NCBI GenBank assembly: GCA_004764695.1
Contig: SMSO01000033.1
Span: forward strand, 1,922,001-1,986,000
Length of the DNA: 64,000 nt
Direction of reading: 5' to 3'
Source: Schizochytrium sp. TIO01
Taxonomy: Eukaryota > Protista > Bigyra: Labyrinthulomycetes
A program made the translations under genes and the position numbers. The notes beneath the pieces were generated by a model that worked only from the letters and a program-made list of their open reading frames with translations, was not told the origin of the DNA and ran no database searches. Below, piece by piece: positions 43,624-54,475 of the stretch. Numbering within the stretch: the first letter of the stretch is position 1; every line of letters begins with the position of its first letter.

Positions 43624-46600
43624 GATCCATTTCGCAGGACTCTCACTGAGGTCTCTCATAGGACATATTTCGTAGAACCTCCTAGCACCGTTGCGAGTGC
43701 GCATTATTTTCTCGACATATTTTTAGTGAACGTAAAAGCATCAAAACATATTTTCATGATGCTATTTTCAGTCCTGCTATTTGACAATGCTACGTTTAAT
43801 CTCGAAATGCGACCCCTGATGATTCTGGTTTTTCCAGAATCGTCAGACATGATTCCACCAAAGCTCAGTTATCGCATATCGCATTACCTTTCTAAGAATG
43901 TTGCACTCCTTGGTTTCTCATTTGGTAAGATCTTCAAAATTTCTAATGAGGACTTCGATAGATCATGGTAAGCTAGTTGATATTATTGCCTTCCATACTA
44001 CACTTGTGCCGTTAGTATCAATAGACGCTTCATTTCTTTTCGTAATCGGATTAACCGATACAACTGACCTATCGTGTTTGGTTCGCTCCACACTTTGATT
44101 GCGACGTTCGTCTAAATGTTAGGTTCTTGAGATTGAAATGTTGACGCTTTCTTTTACTAGCTCTATTAACATCATACTGTATTAATGCAACCCTGCAAAA
44201 CATAGTTCATATTTTACGATCTACTTTTGCTTACTCAAGTTTCATCAGTAAATAATATTTAGAAAGTGATTGTGCACCCAAACTCCTCTTCAGTCTTTGC
44301 TTTACTTGCTTTCGGGAAGAAATATCTCCTGTTTCGAAAATCTTAGGAGTTGGTAGAAATGCCTTATGTGCCATGCCATGATTCAAATAGCCTAGCATGA
44401 TATGAGAAATCAGGAGGGAAAGCTCAAACTCGAGGGGACTTTATATGCAAGCCTATCTATATGAAAGAACGGTGAACATGAGGCGCTCATAAGAGACACT
44501 GGCACCTAGACTTTTCTTTTAACTCCAAGGCAAGGGAGGACACAGATTGTGTGGTATGAAGCTGAGGGTCGCCCTTCTGACTTTCTTTCCCCGTGCCTTA
44601 ACAACAGGACATCCCGATTTTCGTGTTCAGTAGCCCAGAGCGTAAAGTCGCATACTTGAGTCAAAAAAGATTGCAAACGTTCCCCAAGCTTCTTTCAGGT
44701 GAAGCTAAGGTGAGTTTATCTTCTCTTTTTTAAAACAATAAAAACATTTTAAATAAAAGAAGCCAGGTAGGCAATATCACCGAGTAGTAATACGGTTATT
44801 CAGAATCATCACAACCTCTGGAGTATTTGTGTTGTCCTTTGATTCAAGTATAGCTCGACGTTGAAAAGGGGGTTGAGGAAGATATGCGCTATCCCAAAAC
44901 ATTGTCATGTAATACCGTACGGAACGCTGCAGCCTTCACCAAAAGAGTTCAATTGAGGTCTGCAACGCGGAACGCAATGCGACGCTTGATCAATCGGTAG
45001 TCATGATGCTCAGAAGATAGTATATTATCAATTCCAATCCTTTTTTAATTTCACAAGGTAGCTAGCATAATTCAGGTAATATCACATCTATTTTGCATTG
45101 TGTCTGTCTTAGGCATAGGCACAATTCAACCTATTTTCTCAAGCTTTTTGTTTTGTTTTTTTGCTATTAGTTTTGCTAGTCGTTTGTTTGTTTATTTGTT
45201 TGTTTTTAAGTTTAAAAATTAGAAAAGCCACAATTTAAATTATTTAATCCAAAAAAAATGAATACCTATCTAAAAACTATTCCTTTGCAATATTTAGTTA
45301 TGCAGGCATTTTGATGACTGTGAGATTTTTCTTTCACTATTATCACATCGCGATGACATAAAAATATGTATGCTCTTTCCTATAATATCAGATGAAATCA
45401 TAAAGATCTACCTACATACATACTTGAAGCAATTGTACCACACCTTTAATTTCCCCTACCTTTATCAGGAGATATGCTATTTAACATATTATGCTATATA
45501 ATATATAATAGGAACTGTCCTATTGATGGTACTTGTCTGCCTAGATTAATTTTTAATTTTTTTTAATACTATCATGGGATTTCTTCCCTGTGGGCGATGT
45601 ACACGAGAATTCACACGAAAAAGTCAGCCCCCCGCACCAATCAAACAGCAGCTCTGCGACAAGTAAAGGCTGCAAGGCACAGCCTCAAACTTTCAATTAG
45701 TAGGGGCTAGAGAAATACCCAATTATTTTTTTTAAAATATAAAATATGTTTAATTAAGAAGGAGTAGCCTCTAACTGATTTTAAAGTGGCCTTGCGGGGG
45801 TCTTTGTCGAGGGTTGTTCCTTTGTTCATTTGAAGTCAGCAGACACTGCAAAATTGTTTAGCATAAGCAAAAACTCAAGCCGAAACGATCACTCGGCAGA
45901 CAATCAGGGTTGCTGCTTTTAGGACTCATTCGATGGTACCTTGCAATGTAGACTTTCATAGGAAACCTTTGGGGCACTTTGCTGATGAGATTTGCGATTT
46001 GACGCAGGTTGTGGTTGCGGCCAACAAGCTCCAGAAGAAAGTTTGACACAACGGAGCCATAAAGAGAAGGCCACCTTAAAGGTTAGACACAACACAGGAA
46101 CCGAAGTCATCAAAACACACTGATGACTTAGTAAGTAGGTATGTAGATACATACTTGTACATTACTACTTCATCAAGACCAAGAGCTTGCTTTTCACAAG
46201 CTGCTTTCCTCACTTAGAAAGACTAGCGTTGAGGAGCTATTTTTATAGTTGTGATGACCTACCTGCTTACTCTGTCCTTCAATTCTCTTCCCTTCGTATT
46301 TAAACCTCATTTTTAAAGGTGACATAACCTATTCCTTGCAGCACAAGCCCTAATTTTCCTTTCGGCTTGTAATTAAACTTGTAGGCAGGTACGGTGATGA
46401 TAGATTCTGCAAAAAGAATAGTGATAGTATGCCATCCTAGGCTACTATGTGCCTCAACTTCAAGTTGCTTTTGAGCTTGACTTGTTCAATGTTTTGATTC
46501 TTCCCCCTCAACTCAACACTGGCAGTTGATTGTTTTTCTTTTCAGTTCTTTTCTTTTTTAATGATACATATTTCTTGAAGGGAAAGAAGTTTTTACTTTA

Positions 46601-46905
46601 AACCTATGTAGGCCTACACTATAGTACTTTTAAACTTTACCTGGTTTATTTATCCGAGTCCAATTATAAAGAATATTAGTTATTTATTGTTCAATACTAG
46701 TATTAGGACTAATTACATACTTATCTGGATAGAGGTTCAAATGCTAAGATCAACTCACTATCGGTTCTGAGTCAGCTTGAAATAGCAGAACAACAAAGTA
46801 GCAACCTGATTGCAGACTAACTTGCCAATCCCTGGGAGACGTAGCAAACACATCCATTGTATGCGTGCATACAAACTTCGATATTAACACTGGCAGGAAC
46901 AAACC

Positions 46906-49641
46906 ATGCTGACCCGCAAGGTTGCCAGCTACCTGCGGAACTTGCCGCGATGGTCCTTCATGCTTGCGATGGGACGGTATATGGACATCGTAGACGATAT
47001 GTGGCGTTGTGAGCTTGAATTTTCGCGCAGTAAGGACACAGATCTCAGTAGTACGGGAGATAGTGATCCTGATCTTTTGGAGACAAAGAGACGGCTTCCA
47101 ACATCTAATCACCGACACATTCGTGAGACGAGGTTGGATGTTCTACTGATCCTGCTGTTCTTTTCGCTTGGGCTTCTTGCAATACGACAATACATCAATC
47201 CAGCCCTTGTTGATCAGTTTGTGAGCACAGCAATCGCTTTAGGATCTGTCTCAATGGTCATTAGTTTCCTCTTTAGCGTAACGGGAATCCGAAAAGAGAC
47301 AGCCAGAGCGATGCTACGCAGGAAGAAGCACTGGCATGAGGCCAACGAAGGAAATATGCACATTTCGTCATCAATTCAATTTGCTATTTCAAGTGCCGTG
47401 CAGGATGTTTTTATTCTCAGTTGCTTTTTGATGTCAACCATCCCATTCATTGTGCCGTGGTTTCTAGCTTACTTCTTTCCTTTTGAATTTCTTTGTTTTG
47501 CAGTCATCTTCACCTCAGTGTTGGAGGTTCTCTCCCAGTTCATCAAGTTATACCAGGCCCCTCGAGAAGGCAAAGGGAGTGCAAGGCATCTCTTGAAGCG
47601 AATGTCGTCTATGAAAAGTGAAGATTCTTTTAAAGAAGAGGATGCAGAAGTTCGTGATAAATTCCTCGTTGAGTTTTTATTATCAGAAAGTGGCCGTGAA
47701 TGGTGTGGTGCTTTTATTCTTCTTGAAAGTGGTTTCGTTTTCTTTGCTTCATTAATGTCATTTGTCTGGGAAACCTTCCTTAGCTGGAGTCTAGATTTAG
47801 CTCACGGCCACGTTGATGTTGCAGGTCTTGGTTGGGGAATCCACTTTGCGATCGTACTCGGTGGTGTTGTATCAACAACTACCTTTTTACAGGCGTTTTG
47901 GCTTACCTATGCCGCTGGGGGACGTTCACTTCACTTTGCGAACCATTGGAGATTCTTTCAGCCTCTTCGAGGTGGGTCTACGTTTATACAGTTACAGCTG
48001 ATTGCATGGACACTATATGGAATATGCCTCTCTCTTTCTGCTGCCCGTTTGGCGCCTGTCCTTACTGGTGCACTAACCTATGGTCTGGGGTTCGAATCAG
48101 ACTCAGCTTCAGTACGTGTTACAAGTGCACTTCTTCCCGCTATTGGCTCCGCGGCTCATGCATTTCATTTGCATCGCATGCCACCAGGTACGATCGGTAT
48201 GTTGTATATGATGGCACAAATTGCCATGGTGACTTCCTTGAGCCAGTATAAGAGAGTTGAACGGGACCATGGTCTCGTTCGCAAGATTGTTGAAACTAAG
48301 CAACACGGCATATGCGTTCAAAGTCTTGTTACTGAACGCGAGGCCAAAGAGGGCTGGCTCTTGGCTGAGATTCGAGACAAAATGCGTGCTGCTGTCCTCA
48401 CAGCGATCATTTTTGCTGGACTGAGGCCAGAATTAACAATAGGCCTGATCTCGGTTGCGAGCGTACATGCCTTCCAGAACTCCTCGAGAGCATTAGCATT
48501 TGTTTGCACTCTGAGTGCAATATATCTACGAACTTATGCTGGCCAACCAAGCGTAACCGGTAGCAGACGACTTGAGCGGGGTTCCTTCATCTTTCGGATT
48601 TTCGAGGATTACTTTAATCTCTCAATGGTTCGCACAACACCTGAACCGTGGGATTCTAGACAGGAATATATATGTGGATACCATCCGCATGGACAGATTC
48701 CACTTGGCGCGACTTACATGAAAATGACTTCTCAGTGGGCAAAAATTCTTCCAGAAATATTGCCGTTCACGCTTTCGGCAACTATCACTCATCAGATCCC
48801 CGTTACTAGAGATGTCGGTCAGCTTAGTGGAACCCTTGAAGTAAGCAAGAAGGGATTCTGGACTGGTTTAAACCGCTATCGAAGTGTCTTGTTGGTCCCC
48901 GGTGGGCAACATGAAATGGTGCTTGCCCCAACTAAGCAGACCGATGGTCATGTTGAACCTATTAGTACAAAACACAAAGGTTTTGTACGAATTGCATTTC
49001 GACGAGCTGCGCGAGTCGCGGCAGAGAACCGCAAGGTTTACATAACTCCTATCTTTGCGTTCGGTGACCGCCGCGCAATTTGGAATTTGCCTGGCATTCC
49101 AAAGTCAATACAACGTTGGTTTGTGAGTCGTTTACGTACTAATGTTGCGTTTTTTCCTGTCGGTCGGTGGAACTTGCCATGCATTCCAGATAAGGTTCCT
49201 GTTATGGGAGTACTTGGTGATCCGATTGAGGTCCCAGTCCTCAAGGGGGGACCCAACTCTACACCAACTGACGCCCAGGTTAATCTTCTTCATCGCTATT
49301 ACTACTCTCGTCTCAAAGATTTGTTCGACTCGTATAAGACTCTTTATGGGAATGGATACGAAAACATGGAGATGATTTTTTCTCCTCCTCTAAAAACAAT
49401 CACAAAACCAGACTTTGCAAAAAAGTGGGAAACACTAGCTGCTGATTTTGAAGTGGAAGATCCTGAAGATGCGGAAGAATTCGAAAGATCAATTGATGAA
49501 ACTATTTACGAGTGGCCATGGAGGGAGCAGATTGTAGTGGTATTTCTGGTTGTATTTTTTATGCTGGGGCCCATTTGGGCGTTTGATATTGCTTCGACTG
49601 TCCAAATATCTTCCAACCTGACGACCTTGAACGCCATTTAG
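46906..49641 (+). CDS. DGAT2: DGAT2/MOGAT-family acyltransferase with long multi-transmembrane N-terminal extension
   Basis: GYHPHG (HPHG at 48682-48693), LVPGGQHE, KHKGFVRIA, TPIFAFGD, VLGDPIEVP, LHRYYYSRLKDLFDSYK; preceded by about 550 aa with many hydrophobic segments. Confidence 0.9.
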   Translation: MLTRKVASYLRNLPRWSFMLAMGRYMDIVDDMWRCELEFSRSKDTDLSSTGDSDPDLLETKRRLPTSNHRHIRETRLDVLLILLFFSLGLLAIRQYINPALVDQFVSTAIALGSVSMVISFLFSVTGIRKETARAMLRRKKHWHEANEGNMHISSSIQFAISSAVQDVFILSCFLMSTIPFIVPWFLAYFFPFEFLCFAVIFTSVLEVLSQFIKLYQAPREGKGSARHLLKRMSSMKSEDSFKEEDAEVRDKFLVEFLLSESGREWCGAFILLESGFVFFASLMSFVWETFLSWSLDLAHGHVDVAGLGWGIHFAIVLGGVVSTTTFLQAFWLTYAAGGRSLHFANHWRFFQPLRGGSTFIQLQLIAWTLYGICLSLSAARLAPVLTGALTYGLGFESDSASVRVTSALLPAIGSAAHAFHLHRMPPGTIGMLYMMAQIAMVTSLSQYKRVERDHGLVRKIVETKQHGICVQSLVTEREAKEGWLLAEIRDKMRAAVLTAIIFAGLRPELTIGLISVASVHAFQNSSRALAFVCTLSAIYLRTYAGQPSVTGSRRLERGSFIFRIFEDYFNLSMVRTTPEPWDSRQEYICGYHPHGQIPLGATYMKMTSQWAKILPEILPFTLSATITHQIPVTRDVGQLSGTLEVSKKGFWTGLNRYRSVLLVPGGQHEMVLAPTKQTDGHVEPISTKHKGFVRIAFRRAARVAAENRKVYITPIFAFGDRRAIWNLPGIPKSIQRWFVSRLRTNVAFFPVGRWNLPCIPDKVPVMGVLGDPIEVPVLKGGPNSTPTDAQVNLLHRYYYSRLKDLFDSYKTLYGNGYENMEMIFSPPLKTITKPDFAKKWETLAADFEVEDPEDAEEFERSIDETIYEWPWREQIVVVFLVVFFMLGPIWAFDIASTVQISSNLTTLNAI

Positions 49642-50195
49642 AGTGGTCGCCATCACAAAAAAAATGTAGATATTGAAATTTTGAGATTAGCGCAGCTTAA
49701 AATTATTGCTTTTCTCTGTTTGAATGCAATATGTCATTAAAAAATAAAAAACAAAAGTTAATCTTTTTGGTCAGGTCTTCGTTGTTAAATACAACACATC
49801 AGAAACAGTCCTCTAAAGTTGTTTTCGAGTTTGCTATAATCTGAATATTTATTGAGAAACAAATTGAAAAGCTGACAGTCTTCATGCTGAACACGATGTG
49901 AAGAATCCTGTCTGACTTACTCCCAAGGAACAGATGTTGTCATTAGAACATGCTTTTCTGTTCTTTTCTTTAAGTTTGTACGGCTTGCATAAAAAGAAAC
50001 ATATTGTTTCATATTATTATTGTAAATAATTAATCTGCAGATACCTGTTTAAACCCGCTCTGAACATTTATGCTCATCTTAGTTATAATGTGAACGACAA
50101 ACTACAAAGAATTCCCGATATATCTCAAAGTAATAATGTTGGAGCGGGTTGAAGTTAGAATATTTATCTTGAAAAGGTATCGAGCAAATAAAGTA

Positions 50196-51857
50196 TTAGT
50201 ACATTTTACGTCTCTTCGAGCTTTGAGACAGCGAGCAGTGAGTCAACTTTTGTACAAGAATCCGTTGCTGCTGGTTATGGTTACTGCAATGTTGAACACT
50301 TTGCTGCTTAGTTACATGTGCGTCTTGCCGTGCAGTGTTTTCTAAGCTATGAAATTTTCCGGTGGAACTTTCATAGCAGTCAGTGGAACAATGATGAGCA
50401 GCAGCAGAGCCACTTTCAGAGAATCCACCTGGGTTTTCATGGAGTATATTGTGACCATCTTGGTGAGAGTTAGAGCGAAGGGCTTGAGATGAAAGATACG
50501 AAGAATTACCCGCTGAGCGGTGGATATCGAAACTCTCATCTCTCGTTGTTTGTTGTTGACGAGTGATAGAGGGCCTAGAAGCATTGCTTTGGGTGTCTTG
50601 AAAAATAAATCTACGCTTTGCAAGCCCGTGGGTGCTTTCCTCGGTTCCTGGGAAACCTTGTGAAGGTCGGCGTTTTGGACGTTTGGGTAAATCACCATTG
50701 CCATCGTGGCTAACCAGCTCACGAGCCTGGGCTTTGTTCTGGGCGACTCGGTTAAGAAATTGTGCAGGGGATATATGGAGCAGCTCGGCTGCCTCTGTAT
50801 TTACGACGTGCTCCAAATTAGGCTCAACAAAAAGCAACACCAGGCCTAAGACCACAATTTGCAAAGTACATACAGGTGACCAATCATTCTCTAGGATAGG
50901 AAGAGCCACAACACCAGTGTCCGGGTGGATGTTGGGATGGAATAGCGGTGTAAGTGATTTGATTCGGGGCGGTTGAAACGGATAAGACTCCAGAAGATCA
51001 ACTCGGAAGCGCCAAGAAGCATCCTGGTAGGCCCCATCAAGAGGACGAATACAACACACCAGTGTTTTGTGAATTTTAGATTTCAGTTCAGACGTAGGTG
51101 TTTCATACATACAGAAGGAAACATGAGCATGCGGGAGGAAGTAGGGTACCCGAGACTCGATCAGGTCCGCAATGTCTTTGTCAAAGCGATGCTTCGCGAA
51201 AGCAAGCTCAAGTTGTTTCCTACGCTCCATACTACCACCGTCTGAGGAGTTCTGTAACGTCTGTGCGCTTTGTTGGCTTTGCAAAATATGTCGGGAGTGA
51301 TTTTGGCTGTCGTGGTGGGTGAGATGCTGATTGAATTGTTGCTGCTGTCTCTGTCGTTGTTGTTGCTGCTGATGATGATGGCTGTGGAGCTGATCATCAT
51401 CATGCAGGTGTTGAACATGGTGGTGGTGATGATGGTGATTGTGATGATGGTGACTGTGGTGTTGCTGCTGGTCCTGACTTAACTGCTGTTGAGGTGAAGA
51501 TGGATGTGACTGTCCAATATTTGCTGCCATCTCTGCTTCGCCTGTTAGATCCATATTCTCATCGTCCTCCGATGAAGATGCTGTAGAAGAAAATCTACCC
51601 AATAAAAATCCAGAACGTTTGTTTTGATTATTTGTATCTGACGGCAATGGCATTGAGGCCAACGGACCATTGCCAGCAGGGTTTCTGGTCTGACTGCCCT
51701 GATGAAGACCTTGGTGAACGAGATCTCGCGAGAACACAGAACTTCGCTGACATACTTCACGTTCACTTAAGATCCACCGTGGTGAGGTGCTGCCTAAGGA
51801 ACGCAAGCTTGGAGCAGAGGCCCCGCTGGTAGAACCTGGATGCAAAGGAGAGTCCAT
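50196..51857 (-). CDS. UBC-fold protein most similar to NEDD8 E2 (Ubc12/UBE2M type), lacking the catalytic Cys; His/Gln-rich N-terminus and disordered C-terminus
   Basis: IRPLDGAY..FRVDLLESYPFQPPRIKSLTPLFHPNIHPDTGVVALPILENDWSPV..GLVLLFVEPN..VNTEAAELL. First ATG is at 51857; the track start 51902 is a GTG. Confidence 0.85.
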   Translation of the reverse strand: MDSPLHPGSTSGASAPSLRSLGSTSPRWILSEREVCQRSSVFSRDLVHQGLHQGSQTRNPAGNGPLASMPLPSDTNNQNKRSGFLLGRFSSTASSSEDDENMDLTGEAEMAANIGQSHPSSPQQQLSQDQQQHHSHHHHNHHHHHHHVQHLHDDDQLHSHHHQQQQQRQRQQQQFNQHLTHHDSQNHSRHILQSQQSAQTLQNSSDGGSMERRKQLELAFAKHRFDKDIADLIESRVPYFLPHAHVSFCMYETPTSELKSKIHKTLVCCIRPLDGAYQDASWRFRVDLLESYPFQPPRIKSLTPLFHPNIHPDTGVVALPILENDWSPVCTLQIVVLGLVLLFVEPNLEHVVNTEAAELLHISPAQFLNRVAQNKAQARELVSHDGNGDLPKRPKRRPSQGFPGTEESTHGLAKRRFIFQDTQSNASRPSITRQQQTTRDESFDIHRSAGNSSYLSSQALRSNSHQDGHNILHENPGGFSESGSAAAHHCSTDCYESSTGKFHSLENTARQDAHVTKQQSVQHCSNHNQQQRILVQKLTHCSLSQSSKRRKMY

Positions 51858-54044
51858 CCTGAAAGTCTTTTCTATCTCGTTGTGGCAATCCCTGCCAGGC
51901 ACAAGGTGGTTTTGTTTTCTTCTGACTATGAGCTACTCCAAAGGAGCGCTGCGGACCCGGCGAACCGTAGCTCAGCGACGCAATCGAGCACGTCCCGCGG
52001 TGCCTTTCAAGTTGCACCAGGCAACACGGCACAGGACTGAGCGCTCTTGCAGAGTAGAAGGCAAGAAAAGGCAGGTAGTATATATAGTCTTAAAACAGAG
52101 AATGGACGAAGGTGTCTGCCCGTCTCCCTACCTGCCCTAACGATTCGGGCTACTTGAAAGGAGAATCAATCTCCTTTGTATGCCTTTCTTCACAACAGAA
52201 GGACCCTCTCTCCCTCTTGTTGGCCCGAAAGCGGATTGAGAGGGTCCGCAAGTCCTTTGAGATAGCGGAGGCCTACTAGTACCTGTTTTGGCTGATAGGA
52301 TCACTCCAAAAAACATAATATAACATTGGGGTAGTAATTAAAATGCTTTTTCTTTTTTCTTTTTTTTAATACCATCTACCCAATTTAGCATGTAAGAGGT
52401 TCCCGCCAAGGAAACGAATATAAGCCGCCTATACTGACGAAGATAATAACCTGGTTTTGAAATTTACAACCTTGTCAATGAAGTTTACAAGAAATGGCGT
52501 AGCAATCTTGAGAAAGGACGAGATAATGGTGGTATGAATAGTCATGATTCTTTGTAAATTGGTCATCATTACATGGGATGGCAGAAAAGCTATTCAATCT
52601 CGTTTACATGTTAGTTACATAATGTGTTTCTTGTTTTTGCAGAAATATAGATGGCTTTAAGAATTTGATTAGCTTACATCAAGCAACGCTTTTCTTCTTG
52701 TTTTTTTTAAGGTTGACAAAATAACGATTACATAATTTGAGTGCAACTTTCTTCACTGGTTGATCCTGGCTAGTATTCCCCGTCTCTAAATAAAATAAGC
52801 AGGGAGGAGGAGTTGCACTTGCTTATCTTGTGTCTGATAACGCCTTACTGCCTCAGCGAGTCTTGAAAGCGACCATTGTGTCTTTATTGCAATGATTGAA
52901 TTGTGCTACTTTCTTTTCTTTTCTTTATGTATTTATTTGTTTATTTATTTTGGTGGGGGGGGTGGCAGTTTATTAGATACCTTTTGTCCAACATATAGTC
53001 ACTATTTACTGTAGAAAAAGCATTCGATCGCACACCCAAAAGGAGACAAAATGCAGTTGTATGACAATTGATTCATCTGATTGTGTCTTAATAGATAACC
53101 CAGTCAACAAAATCTCTTTCAAGTTATTATGGTTTCAATATCTGCCACAGAAGGTTTGATTTTATATGTGCATTTATATTCACATTCACATGATGCTCTC
53201 ATCGCTAGTCTCTACTAGCAATCTTGTTCACTTCAATTTTTCAGTTGCGTTGAAACTTAATCAGGTAACATGGTGATCAATGTACGAGAGGAATACCCAA
53301 GTGCATGAAAAAAAACAAAAAGCAGCAAATTTTCATGGACCATGATGGACCATGATAGCAAACACAAAAAACAAATTGTCATCAGAGAGGTAAGCAGGAT
53401 TAGATATTTTTGTTGTCACGGGTTGTAGATTTGCCAATGCGTCTATGCATATTTGCTTTCACATAAAGAAATGTTTGGAAGGATGTATATAAGGTAGGTA
53501 GGTAAGTATACACCAATTTATCTACTACCTACTAGTTATTAAAATAGGCTGTATTCTTTCTTAATATTAAAAAACTACTAAATACCTATCCAAGTAATTT
53601 GATAATTGACATCACCTAGTATCTATCTACCTTTCTACGTACTACTAATAGTACTTATAGTGCTGAGAATTAGGTACACCTTGCTAGCTATCAAGTAATG
53701 GCCGGTACTAGTAGATGAGAAAGTAGAAAATGAAAGAAAAAGAAACAGACAATAGAGACAATTCAATAGTACTGTCTGTATGTACTCAGAGAGAGGAAAG
53801 ACAATAGGTCGAACAAGAGCAAATTTGCTCCACTTTGAGGGCTCTGTCGTCGGACTTAACTCCTCTCCTGCGCCACGTTCCTCTCCTCTCTCAAACTCTC
53901 GCTTCGTCTTCTCCAACTCCTTCCTTTCTTCTTCTTGTGCGGGACGAACGGAGTGCTTTGAACCCTCCAAAAGCTAGAAAACTAGAATACGCCCACGAGT
54001 CTGTGCATGGTAAGAGGGCGTGGCGCGGCCTGGTTCTCCGCGGT

Positions 54045-54443
54045 ATGAAACGCCAATCGCCCTTGAACCTCCACACTCTACACCACGCGCATGACACCAA
54101 TTCCTCGAGTTTCCTCCAGAAGGAAACGTCGTCTTCGTTGTCAACCTCACACAAAGCAGAGACAGCAAGAAAGAGGCCGTCAACCAAGACCTCTTCTCAA
54201 GGTGAAGTAAACCTAGCTCAAACCAAGAACCAAGAAAGCGAGCACGAGCCCGACGCAGTCGCAGACCTCCTACAGCCCCCTAGCGATGCCATCGATAAGC
54301 CTGAACTGCTCGCAAAGTCCGAAGAAGAACAGATTACCACAGGTAGCCACGTACATTTGCAAAACAGCCGTACCGAATTTGAAATCTTGGGCGATAGCAA
54401 CATGATGAGATCTTCTTCTTCTTCCTCCTCCTCCTCCTCCTCG

Positions 54444-54475
<32 letters not shown>

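Noticed and set aside
43620-44170. Coding-looking stretch downstream of FNTA
   Set aside because: Fragmented short ORFs on both strands with no identifiable protein similarity.
52756-52800. CTGGTTGATCCTG resembles the 5' end of 18S rRNA
   Set aside because: Only 13 exact bases plus loose similarity; nothing rRNA-like follows.
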